Assembly: GCA_964016885.1 (NCBI GenBank) | Contig: OZ024741.1 | Span: 259,842,001 to 259,906,000 of the forward strand | DNA: 64,000 bases | Source: Eledone cirrhosa | Taxonomy: Eukaryota | Reading direction: 5' to 3' | Shown: piece after piece, positions 40,101 to 52,800 of the stretch | Layout: each line of letters starts with the position of its first letter | How positions within the stretch are numbered: position 1 is the first letter of the stretch | Position numbers and translations under genes: made by a program | Notes under the pieces: generated by a model | The model's database searches: none | The model's input: the letters and a program-made list of their open reading frames with translations, nothing else | What the model was told of the DNA's origin: nothing

Positions 40101-42800
40101 GAACACTCGTAAGTCAGAACACTCGTAAGTCAGAACACTCATAAGTCAGAACACTCGTAAGTCAGAATACTCGTAAGTCGAAACACCCGTAAGTCGAAAC
40201 ACTCGTAAGTCGAAACACTCGTATGTCGAATAACTCGTAAGCCGAAACACCGTAAGTCAAAACACTCGTAAGTCGAAACACTCGTAAGTCGAAACACCCA
40301 TAAGCCGAAACACTCGTAAGCCAAAACATTCGTAAGTCGAAACACTCGTAAACCGAAACACTCGTAAGCCAAAACATTCGTAAGTCGAAACACTCGTAAG
40401 TCGAAACACCCATAGCCGAAACACTTGTAAGTCTGAACACACGTAAGTCAGAACACCCGTAAGTCAGAACACTCGTAAGTCAGAACACTCGTAAGTCAGA
40501 ACACTCGTAAGTCAGAGCACTCGTATCGAAACACTCGTATGTCAAAACACCCGTAAGTCAAAACACTCGTAAGTCGAAACACTCGTAAGCCGAAACACCG
40601 TAAGCCAAAACACTCGTAAGTCGAAACACCCGTAAGTCGGAACACTCGTAAGTCGAAACACTCGTAAGTCGAAACACTCGTAAGCCGAAACACTCGTAAG
40701 CCGAAACACTCGTAAGTCGGAACACTCGTAAGTCGGAACACTCGTAAGTCAGAACACTCGTAAGTCAGAACACTCGTAAGTCAGAACACTCGTAAGTCAG
40801 AACACTCGTAAGTCGAAACACTCGTATCGAAACACTCGTATGTCAAAACACCAGTAAGTCGAAACACTCGTATCGAAACACTCGTATGTCAAAACACCAG
40901 TAAGTCAAAACACTCGTAAGTCGAAACACTCGTAAGCCGAAACACCGTAAGTCGAAACACCCGTATGTCGAAACACTCGTAAGCCGAAACACTCGTAAGT
41001 CGAAACACTCGTAGTCGAAACACTCGTAAGTCGAAACACCCGTAAGTCGAAACACTCGTAAGTCGAAACACTCGTAAGCCGAAACACTCGTAAGTCGAAA
41101 CACTCGTAAGTCAGAACACTCGTAGTCAGAACACTCGTAAATCAAACCACTCGTAAGCCGAAACACTCGTAAGTCGAAACACTCGTAAGTCGAAACACTC
41201 GTAAGTCGAAAAACTCGTAAGCCGGAACACTCGTAAGTCAGAACACTCGTAAGTCAGAACACTCGTAAGTCGAAACATCCGTAAATCAGAACACTCCTAA
41301 GTCAAAACACTCGTAAGTCGAAACACTCGTAAGTCAAAAATACTCGTAAGTCGAAACACCCTTAAGTAAAAACACTCGTAAGTCGAAACACTCGTAAGCC
41401 GAAACACCCGTCAGTTAAAACACCCGTAAGTCGAAACACTCGTAAGTCAAAACTCTCGTACGCCGAAACACTCGTAAGTAAAAACATTAGTAAGTCGAAA
41501 CACTCGTAAGCCGAAAGACTCATAAGTCGAAACACTCGTAAGCCGAAACACCCGTAAGTCAAAACATTCGTAAGTCAAAACACTCGTAAGTCGAAACACC
41601 CGTAAGTCGAAACACTCGTATGTCGAAACACTCGTAAGCCGAAACACCGTAAGTAAAAACACTCGTAAGTCGAAACACCCACAAGTCGAAACACTCGTAA
41701 GCCGAAACACTCGTAAGTCGAAACACTCATAAGCCGAAACACTCGTAAGTCGGAACACTCGTAAATCAGAACACCCGCAAGTCAGAACACTCGTATCGAA
41801 ACACTCGTATGTCAAAACACCCGTAAGTCAAAACACTCGTAAGTCGAAACACTCGTAAGCCGAAACACCGTAAGTAAAAAAACTCGTAAGTCGAAATACT
41901 CGTAAGTCGAAACACTCGTAAGCCGAAACAATCGTAATTCAAAACACTCGTAAGTCGAAACACTCGTAAGCCGAAACAATCGTAAGTCGAAACACTCGTA
42001 AGCCGAAAATACTCGTAAGTCGGAACACCCGTAAGCCGAAACACTCGTATGTCGAAACACTCGTAAGCCGAAACAACATAAGTAAAAACACTCGTAAGTC
42101 GAAACACCCATAAGTCGAAACACTCGTAAGCCGAAACACTCGTAAGTCGAAACACTCATAAGCCGAAACACTCGTAAGTCGGAACACTCGTAAATCAGAA
42201 CACCCGCAAGTCAGAACACTCGTAAATCAGAATACTCTTAAGTCGAAACTCACGTACGCTGAAACACTGGTAAGTCGAAACACTCGTAAGTCGAAACATC
42301 CTTAAGTCGAAACACTCGTACACCGAAACACTCGTAAGTATAAACATTAGTAAGTCGAAACACTCGTAAGCCGAAACACTCGTAAGTCGAAACACCCGTA
42401 AATCGAAACACCCGTAAGTCAAAACACTCGTATGTCGAAACACTCGTAAACCGAAACACTCGTAAGTCGGAACACTCGTAAGTCAGAACACTCGTAAGTC
42501 AGAACACTCGTAAGTCGAAACACTCATAAGTCGAAACACTCGTAAGTCGAAACACCCGTAAGTCGAAACCCCCGTAAGTCGAAACACTCGTATGTCGAAT
42601 AACTCGTAAGCCGAAACACCGTAAGTCAAAACACTCGTAAGTCGAAACACTCGTAAGTCGAAACACCCATAAGCCGAAACACTCGTAAGCCAAAACATTC
42701 GTAAGTCGAAACACTCGTAAACCGAAACACTCGTAAGCCAAAACATTCGTAAGTCGAAACACTCGTAAGTCGAAACACCCATAGCCGAAACACTCGTAAG
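31200..42800 (+). repeat. Tandem higher-order duplication, ~2 x 5722 bp, free of AT-rich elements
   Basis: Offsets of 5722 (31484/37206, 32529/38251, 33485/39207, 35121/40843), dropping to 5595 after a 127-bp deletion near 41270. Confidence 0.88.
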
Positions 42801-43600
42801 TCGGAACACACGTAAGTCAGAACACCCGTAAGTCAGAACACTCGTAAGTCAGAACACTCGTAAGTCAGAACACTCGTAAGTCAGAGCACTCGTATCGAAA
42901 CACTCGTATGTCAAAACACCCGTAAGTCAAAACACTCGTAAGTCGAAACACTCGTAAGCCGAAACACCGTAAGCCAAAACACTCGTAAGTCGAAACACCC
43001 GTAAGTCGGAACACTCGTAAGTCGAAACACTCGTAAGTCGAAACACTCGTAAGCCGAAACACTCGTAAGCCGAAACACTCGTAAGTCGGAACACTCGTAA
43101 GTCGGAACACTCGTAAGTCAGAACACTCGTAAGTCAGAACACTCGTAAGTCAGAACACTCGTAAGTCAGAATACTCGTAAGTCGAAACACTCGTATCGAA
43201 ACACTCGTATGTCAAAACACCCGTAAGTCAAAACACTCGTAAGTCGAAACACTCGTAAGTCGAAACACTCGTATGTCGAAACATCCGTAAATCAGAACAC
43301 TCGTAAGTCGAAACTCTCGTAAGCCGAAACACTCGTAAGTCGAAACACTCGTATCGAAACACTCGTAAGTCGAAACACCCTTAAGTCAAAACACTCGTAA
43401 GCCAAAACACTCGTAAGTCGAAACACTCGTAAGTCGGAACACTCGTAAGTCAGAACACTCGTAAGTCAGAACACTCGTAAGTGGAAACACGCGTAAGTCG
43501 AAAGACCCGTAAGTCAAAAATCTCGTAAGTCAAAACACTCGTAAGCCGAAACACTCGTAAGTCGAAACACTCGTAAGTCGAAACATTCGTAAAGCGAAAC

Positions 43601-43670
43601 GTATAAATAAAGATTAATGTAATGAACTTGAAAAGCATAGATATTTGAAACCGCGTCTATTTGTTATTTT
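43601..43670 (+). repeat. 70-bp AT-rich element, subfamily B
   Basis: GAACTTG...GATATTTG allele. Confidence 0.96.
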
Positions 43671-44608
43671 CGTAAGTCGAAACACTCGTAAGTCAGAACA
43701 CTCGTAAGTCAGAACACTCTTAAGTGAGAACACTCGTAAGCCGAAACCCTCGTAGTTCGGAACACTCGTAAGTCGAAACACTCGTAAGTCGAAACACCCG
43801 TAAGTCGAAACACTCGTAAGTCGAAACACCCGTAAGTCGAAACATCCGTAAGACAAAACACTCGTATGTCGAAACACTCGTAAGCCGAGACACTCGTAAG
43901 TCGGAACACTCGCAAGTCAGAACACTCGTAAGTCAGAACACTCGTAAGTCGAAACACTCGTAAGTCGAAACACCCGTAAGTCGAAACGCCCGTAAGTCAA
44001 AACACTCGTATGTCGAAACACTCGCAAGCCGAAAAACCGTAAGTCAAAACACTCGTAAGTCGAAACACTCGTAAGTCGAAACACTCGTAAGCCGAAACAC
44101 TCGTAAGCGAAAACATTCGTAAGTCGAAACACTCGTAACCCGAAACACTCGTAAGTCGAAACACTCGAAAGCCGAAACACTCGTAAGTCGAAACACTCAT
44201 AAGCCGAAACACTCGTAAGTCGGAACACTCGTAAGTCAGAACACCCGTAAGTCAGAACACTCGTAGTCAGAACACTCGTAAGTCGAAACACTCGTAAGCC
44301 GAAACACTCGCAAGTCGAAGCACTCGTAATCCGAAACACTCTTAAGTCGAAACACTCGTAAGTCAGAACACTCGTAAGTCGAAACACTCGTAAGCCGAAA
44401 CATCCGTAAGTCAAAACATCCGTAAGTCAAAACATTCGTAAGTCGAAACACCCGTAGTCGAAACACTCGCATGTCGAAACACTCGTAAGTCGAAACACGC
44501 GTAAGTCGAAACACATGTAAGTCAAAACACTCGTAAGTCAAAACACTCGTAAGCCGAAACACTCGTGAGTCGAAACACTCGTAAGTTGAAACACTCGTAA
44601 AGCGAAAC

Positions 44609-44678
44609 GTATAAATAAAGATTAATGTAATGAATTTGAAAAGCATAGAGATTTGAAACCGCGTCTATTTGTTATTTT
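44609..44678 (+). repeat. 70-bp AT-rich element, subfamily A
   Basis: Direct match, AAGATT allele. Confidence 0.97.
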
Positions 44679-46791
44679 CGTAAGTCGAAACACTCGTAAG
44701 CCGAAGCACTCGTGAGCCGAAACACTCGTAAGTCGGAACACTCGTAAGTCAGAACACTCGTAAGTCAGAACACTCGTAAGTTAGAACACTCGTAAGTCAG
44801 AACACTCGTAAGTCAGAACACTCGTAAGTCAGAACACTCGTAAGTCGAAACACTCGTATCGAAACACTCGTATGTCAAAACAGCAGTAAGTCAAAACACT
44901 CGTAAGTCGAAACACTCGTAAGCCGAAACACCGTAAGTCAAAACACTCGTAAGTCGAAACACTCGTAAGTCGAAACACTCGTAAGTCGAAACACTCGTAA
45001 TCCGAAACACTCGTAAGCCGAAACACTCGTAAGTCGAAACACTCGTAAGTCGAAACACTCGTAAGCCGAAACACTCGTAAGCCGAAACACTCGTAAGTCG
45101 GAACACTCGTAAGTCAGAACACTCATAAGTCAGAACACTCGTAAGTCAGAACACTCGTAAGTCGAAACACTCGTAAGCCGAAACACCGTAAGTCGAAACA
45201 CCCGTATGTCGAAACACTCGTAAGCCGAAACACTCTTAAGTCGAAACACTCATAAGCCGAAACACTCGTAAGTCGGAACACTCGTAAATCAGAACACCCG
45301 CAAGTCAGAACACTCGTAAATCAGAACACTCTTAAGTCGAAACTTACGTACGCCGAAACAATCGTAAGTCGAAACACTCGTAAGTCGAAACATCCTTAAG
45401 TCGAAACACTCGTACACCGAAACACTCGTAAGTATAAACATTAGTAAGTCGAAACACTCGTATGTCGAAACACTCGTAAACCGAAACACTCGTAAGTCGG
45501 AACACTCGTAAGTCAGAACACTCGTAAGTCAGAACACTCGTAAGTCGAAACACTCATAAGTCGAAACACTCGTAAGTCGAAACACCCGTAAGTCGAAACA
45601 CCCGTAAGTCGAAACACTCGTATGTCGAATAACTCGTAAGCCGAAACACCGTAAGTCAAAACACTCGTAAGTCGAAACACTCGTAAGTCGAAACACCCAT
45701 AAGCCGAAACACTCGTAAGCCAAAACATTCGTAAGTCGAAACACTCGTAAACCGAAACACTCGTAAGCCAAAACATTCGTAAGTCGGAACACTCGTAAGT
45801 CAGAACACTCATAAGTCAGAACACTCGTAAGTCAGAACACTCGTAAGTCGAAACACTCGTAAGCCGAAACACCGTAAGTCGAAACACCCGTATGTCGAAA
45901 CACTCGTAAGCCGAAACACTCTTAAGTCGAAACACCCATAGCCGAAACACTTGTAAGTCTGAACACACGTAAGTCAGAACACCCGTAAGTCAGAACACTC
46001 GTAAGTCAGAACACTCGTAAGTCAGAACACTCGTAAGTCAGAGCACTCGTATCGAAACACTCGTATGTCAAAACACCCGTAAGTCAAAACACTCGTAAGT
46101 CGAAACACTCGTAAGTCGAAACACTCGTAAGCCGAAACACCGTAAGCCAAAACACTCGTAAGTCGAAACACCCGTAAGTCGGAACACTCGTAAGTCGAAA
46201 CACTCGTAAGCCGAAACACTCATAAGCCGAAACACTCGTAAGTCGGAACACTCGTAAGTCAGAACACCCGTAAGTCAGAACACTCGTAGTCAGAACACTC
46301 GTTAGTCGAAACACTCGTAAGCCGAAACACTCGCAAGTCGAAGCACTCGTAATCCGAAACACTCTTAAGTCGAAACACTCGTAAGTCGGAAGACTCGTAA
46401 GTCAGAACACTCGTAAGTCAGAACACTCGTAAGTCGAAACACTCGTAAGCCGAAACACTCGCAAGTCGAAGCACTCGTAATCCGAAACACTCTTAAGTCG
46501 AAACACTCGTAAGTCGGAACACTCGTAAGTCAGAACACTCGTAAGTCAGAACACTCGTAAGTCGAAACACTCGTAAGCCGAAACATCCGTAAGTCAAAAC
46601 ATCCGTAAGTCAAAACATTCGTAAGTCGAAACACCCGTAGTCGAAACACTCGCAAGTCGAAACACTCGTAAGTCGAAACACGCGTAAGTCGAAACACATG
46701 TAAGTCAAAACACTCGTAAGTCAAAACACTCGTAAGCCGAAACACTCGTAAGTCGAAACACTCGTAAGTCGAAACACTCGTAAAGCGAAAC

Positions 46792-46861
46792 GTATAAATA
46801 AATATTAATGTAATGAATTTGAAAAGCATAGAGATTTGAAACCGCGTCTATTTGTTATTTT
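46792..46861 (+). repeat. 70-bp AT-rich element, subfamily A
   Basis: AATATT allele; counterpart of 784 at +46008. Confidence 0.97.
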
Positions 46862-49800
46862 CGTAAGTCGAAACACTCGTAAGCCGAAACACTCGTGAGC
46901 CGAAACACTCGTAAGTCGGAACACTCGTAAGTCAGAACACTCGTAAGTCAGAACACTCGTAAGTTAGAACACTCGTAAGTCAGAACACTCGTAAGTCAGA
47001 ACACTCGTAAGTCGAAACACTCGTATCGAAACACTCGTATGTCAAAACACCCGTAAGTCAAAACACTCGTAAGTCGAAACACTCGTAAGTCGAAACACTC
47101 GTAAGCCGAAACACTCGTAAGCCGAAACACTCGTAAGCCGAAACACTCGTAAGTCGGAACACTCGTAAGTCAGAACACTCATAAGTCAGAACACTCGTAA
47201 GTCAGAACACTCGTAAGTCGAAACACTCGTAAGCCGAAACACCGTAAGTCGAAACACCCGTATGTCGAAACACTCGTAAGCCGAAACACTCTTAAGTCGA
47301 AACACTCATAAGCCGAAACACTCGTAAGTCGGAACACTCGTAAATCAGAACACCCGCAAGTCAGAACACTCGTAAATCAGAACACTCTTAAGTCGAAACT
47401 TACGTACGCCGAAACAATCGTAAGTCGAAACACTCGTAAGTCGAAACATCCTTAAGTCGAAACACTCGTACACCGAAACACTCGTAAGTATAAACATTAG
47501 TAAGTCGAAACACTCGTATGTCGAAACACTCGTAAACCGAAACACTCGTAAGTCGGAACACTCGTAAGTCAGAACACTCGTAAGTCAGAACACTCGTAAG
47601 TCGAAACACTCATAAGTCGAAACACCCGTAAGTCGAAACACCCATAAGCCGAAACACTCGTAAGCCAAAACATTCGTAAGTCGAAACACTCGTAAACCGA
47701 AACACTCGTAAGCCAAAACATTCGTATGTCGAAACACTCGTAAGTCGAAACACCCATAGCCGAAACACTTGTAAGTCTGAACACACGTAAGTCAGAACAC
47801 CCGTAAGTCAGAACACTCGTAAGTCAGAACACTCGTAAGTCAGAACACTCGTAAGTCAGAACACTCGTAAGTCAGAGCACTCGTATCGAAACACTCGTAT
47901 GTCAAAACACCCGTAAGTCAAAACACTCGTAAGTCGAAACACTCGTAAGCCGAAACACCGTAAGCCAAAACACTCGTAAGTCGAAACACCCCTAAGTCGG
48001 AACACTCGTAAGTCGAAACACTCGTAAGTCGAAACACTCGTAAGCCGAAACACTCGTAAGCCGAAACACTCGTAAGTCGGAACACTCGTAAGTCGGAACA
48101 CTCGTAAGTCAGAACACTCGTAAGTCAGAACACTCGTAAGTCAGAACACTCGTAAGTCAGAACACTCGTAAGTCGAAACACTCGTATCGAAACACTCGTA
48201 TGTCAAAACACCCGTAAGTCAAAACACTCGTAAGTCGAAACACTCGTAAGTCGAAACATTCGTAAGTCGAAACATCCGTAAATCAGAACACTCTTAAGTC
48301 GAAACACTCGTAAGTCGAAACACTCGTAAGCCGAAACACTCGTAAGTCGAAGTACTCGTATCGAAACACTCGTAAGTCGAAACACCCTTAAGTCAAAACA
48401 CTCGTAAGCCAAAACACTCGTAAGTCGAAACACTCGTAAGTCGGAACACTCGTAAGTCAGAACACTCGTAAATCAGAACACTCGTAAGTGGAAACACGCG
48501 TAAGTCGAAACACTCATAAGTCGAAACACTCGTAAGCCGAAACACTCGTAAGCCGAAACACTCGTAAGTCGAAACACTCGTAAGTCGGAACACTCGTAAG
48601 TCAGAACACTCATAAGTCAGAACACTCGTAAGTCAGAACACCCGTAAGTCGAAACACTCGTAAGCCGAAACACCGTAAGTCGAAACACCCGTATGTCGAA
48701 ACACTCGTAAGCCGAAACACTCTTAAGTCGAAACACTCATAAGCCGAAACACTCGTAAGTCGGAACACTCGTAAATCAGAACACCCGCAAGTCAGAACAC
48801 TCGTAAATCAGAACACTCTTAAGTCGAAACTTACGTACGCCGAAACAATCGTAAGTCGAAACACTCGTAAGTCGAAACATCCTTAAGTCGAAACACTCGT
48901 ACACCGAAACACTCGTAAGTATAAACATTAGTAAGTCAAAACACTCGTATGTCGAAACACTCGTAAACCGAAACACTCGTAAGTCGGAACACTCGTAAGT
49001 CAGAACACTCGTAAGTCAGAACACTCGTAAGTCGAAACACTCATAAGTCGAAACACCCGTAAGTCGAAACACTCGTAAGTCGAAACACCCATAAGCCGAA
49101 ACACTCGTAAGCCAAAACATTCGTAAGTCGAAACACTCGTAAACCGAAACACTCGTAAGCCAAAACATTCGTATGTCGAAACACTCGTAAGTCGAAACAC
49201 CCATAGCCGAAACACTTGTAAGTCTGAACACACGTAAGTCAGAACACCCGTAAGTCAGAACACTCGTAAGTCAGAACACTCGTAAGTCAGAACACTCGTA
49301 AGTCAGAACACTCGTAAGTCAGAGCACTCGTATCGAAACACTCGTATGTCAAAACACCCGTAAGTCAAAACACTCGTAAGTCGAAACACTCGTAAGCCGA
49401 AACACCGTAAGCCAAAACACTCGTAAGTCGAAACACCCCTAAGTCGGAACACTCGTAAGTCGAAACACTCGTAAGTCGAAACACTCGTAAGCCGAAACAC
49501 TCGTAAGCCGAAACACTCGTAAGTCGGAACACTCGTAAGTCGGAACACTCGTAAGTCAGAACACTCGTAAGTCAGAGCACTCGTAAGTCAGAACACTCGT
49601 AAGTCAGAACACTCGTAAGTCGAAACACTCGTATCGAAACACTCGTATGTCAAAACACCCGTAAGTCAAATCACTCGTAAGTCGAAACACTCGTAAGTCG
49701 AAACATTCGTAAGTCGAAACATCCGTAAATCAGAACACTCTTAAGTCGAAACACTCGTAAGTCGAAACACTCGTAAGCCGAAACACTCGTAAGTCGAAGT

Positions 49801-52800
49801 ACTCGTATCGAAACACTCGTAAGTCGAAACACCCTTAAGTCAAAACACTCGTAAGCCAAAACACTCGTAAGTCGAAACACTCGTAAGTCGGAACACTCGT
49901 AAGTCAGAACACTCGTAAATCAGAACACTCGTAAGTGGAAACACGCGTAAGTCGAAACACTCATAAGTCGAAACACTCGTAAGTCGAAACACCCGTAAGT
50001 CGAAACACCCGTAAGTCGAAACACTCGTATGTCGAATAACTCGTAAGCCGAAACACCGTCAGTCAAAACACTCGTAAGTCGAAACACTCGTAAGTCGAAA
50101 CACCCATAAGCCGAAACACTCGTAAGCCAAAACATTCGTAAGTCGAAACACTCGTAAACCGAAACACTCGTAAGCCAAAACATTCGTAAGTCGAAACACT
50201 CGTAAGTCGAAACACCCATAGCCGAAACACTCGTAAGTCTGAACACACGTAAGTCAGAACAGCCGTAAGTCAGAACACTCGTAAGTCAGAACACTCGTAA
50301 GTCAGAACACTCGTAAGTCAGAGCACTCGTATCGAAACACTCGTATGTCAAAACACCCGTAAGTCAAAACACTCGTAAGTCGAAACACTCGTAAGTCGAA
50401 ACACTCGTATGTCGAAACATCCGTAAATCAGAACACTCGTAAGTCGAAACACTCGTAAGTCGAAACACTCGTAAGCCGAAACACTCGTAAGTCGAAGCAC
50501 TCGTATCGAAACACTCGTAAGTCGAAACACCCTTAAGTCAAAACACTCGTAAGCCAAAACACTCGTAAGTCGAAACACTCGTAAGTCGGAACACTCGTAA
50601 GTCAGAACACTCGTAAGTCAGAACACTCGTAAGTGGAAACACGCGTAAGTCGAAAGACCCGTAAGTCAAAAATCTCGTAAGTCAAAACACTCGTAAGCCG
50701 AAACACTCGTAAGTCGAAACACTCGTAAGTCAGTGCACCCGTAAGTCAGAACACTCGTAGTCAGAATACTCGTAAGTAGAAACACTCGTATGTCGAAACA
50801 CCCGTAAGTCGAAACACTCATAAGTCGAAACACTCGTAAGCCGAAACACCCGTAAGTCAAAACATTCGTAAGTCAAAACACTCGTAAGTCGAAACACCCG
50901 TAAGTCAAAACACTCGTATGTCGAAACACTCGTAAGCCGAAACAACGTAAGTAAAAACACTCGTAAGTCGAAACACCCATAAGTCGAAACACTCGTAAGC
51001 CGAAACACTCGTAAGTCGAAACACTCATAAGCCGAAACACTCGTAAGTCGGAACACTCGTAAATCAGAACACCCGCAAGTCAGAACACTCGTAAATCAGA
51101 ACACTCTTAAGTCGAAACTCACGTACGCTGAAACACTCGTAAGTCGAAACACTCGTAAGTCGAAACATCCTTAAGTCGAAACACTCGTACACCGAAACAC
51201 TCGTAAGTATAAACATTAGTAAGTCGAAACACTCGTAAGCCGAAACACTCGTAAGTCGAAACACCCGTAAATCGAAACACCCCTAAGTCAAAACACTCGT
51301 ATGTCGAAACACTCGTAAACCGAAACACTCGTAAGTCGGAACACTCGTAAGTCAGAACACTCGTAAGTCAGAACACTCGTAAGTCGAAACACTCATAAGT
51401 CGAAACACTCGTAAGTCGAAACACCCGTAAGTCGAAACCCCCGTAAGTCGAAACACTCGTATGTCGAATAACTCGTAAGCTGAAACACCGTAAGTCAAAA
51501 CACTCGTAAGTCAAAACACTCGTAAGTCGAAACACCCATAAGCCGAAACACTCGTAAGCCAAAACATTCGTAAGTCGAAACACTCGTAAACCGAAACACT
51601 CGTAAGCCAAAACATTCGTAAGTCGAAACACTCGTAAGTCGAAACACCCATAGCCGAAACACTCGTAAGTCGGAACACACGTAAGTCAGAACACCCGTAA
51701 GTCAGAACACTCGTAAGTCAGAACACTCGTAAGTCAGAGCACTCGTATCGAAACACTCGTATGTCAAAACACCCGTAAGTCAAAACACTCGTAAGTCGAA
51801 ACACTCGTAAGCCGAAACACCGTAAGCCAAAACACTCGTAAGTCGAAACACCCGTAAGTCGGAACACTCGTAAGTCGAAACACTCGTAAGTCGAAACACT
51901 CGTAAGCCGAAACACTCGTAAGCCGAAACACTCGTAAGTCGGAACACTCGTAAGTCGGAACACTCGTAAGTCAGAACACTCGTAAGTCAGAACACTCGTA
52001 AGTCAGAACACTCGTAAGTCAGAATACTCGTAAGTCGAAACACCCGTAAGTCGAAACACCCGTAAGTCGAAACACTCGTATGTCGAATAACTCGTAAGCC
52101 GAAACACCGTAAGTCAAAACACTCGTAAGTCGAAACACTCGTAAGTCGAAACACCCATAAGCCGAAACACTCGTAAGCCAAAACATTCGTAAGTCGAAAC
52201 ACTCGTAAACCGAAACACTCGTAAGCCAAAACATTCGTAAGTCGAAACACTCGTAAGTCGAAACACCCATAGCCGAAACACTTGTAAGTCTGAACACACG
52301 TAAGTCAGAACACCCGTAAGTCAGAACACTCGTAAGTCAGAACACTCGTAAGTCAGAACACTCGTAAGTCAGAGCACTCGTATCGAAACACTCGTATGTC
52401 AAAACACCCGTAAGTCAAAACACTCGTAAGTCGAAACACTCGTAAGCCGAAACACCGTAAGCCAAAACACTCGTAAGTCGAAACACCCGTAAGTCGGAAC
52501 ACTCGTAAGTCGAAACACTCGTAAGTCGAAACACTCGTAAGCCGAAACACTCGTAAGCCGAAACACTCGTAAGTCGGAACACTCGTAAGTCGGAACACTC
52601 GTAAGTCAGAACACTCGTAAGTCAGAACACTCGTAAGTCAGAACACTCGTAAGTCAGAACACTCGTAAGTCGAAACACTCGTATCGAAACACTCGTATGT
52701 CAAAACACCAGTAAGTCGAAACACTCGTATCGAAACACTCGTATGTCAAAACACCAGTAAGTCAAAACACTCGTAAGTCGAAACACTCGTAAGCCGAAAC

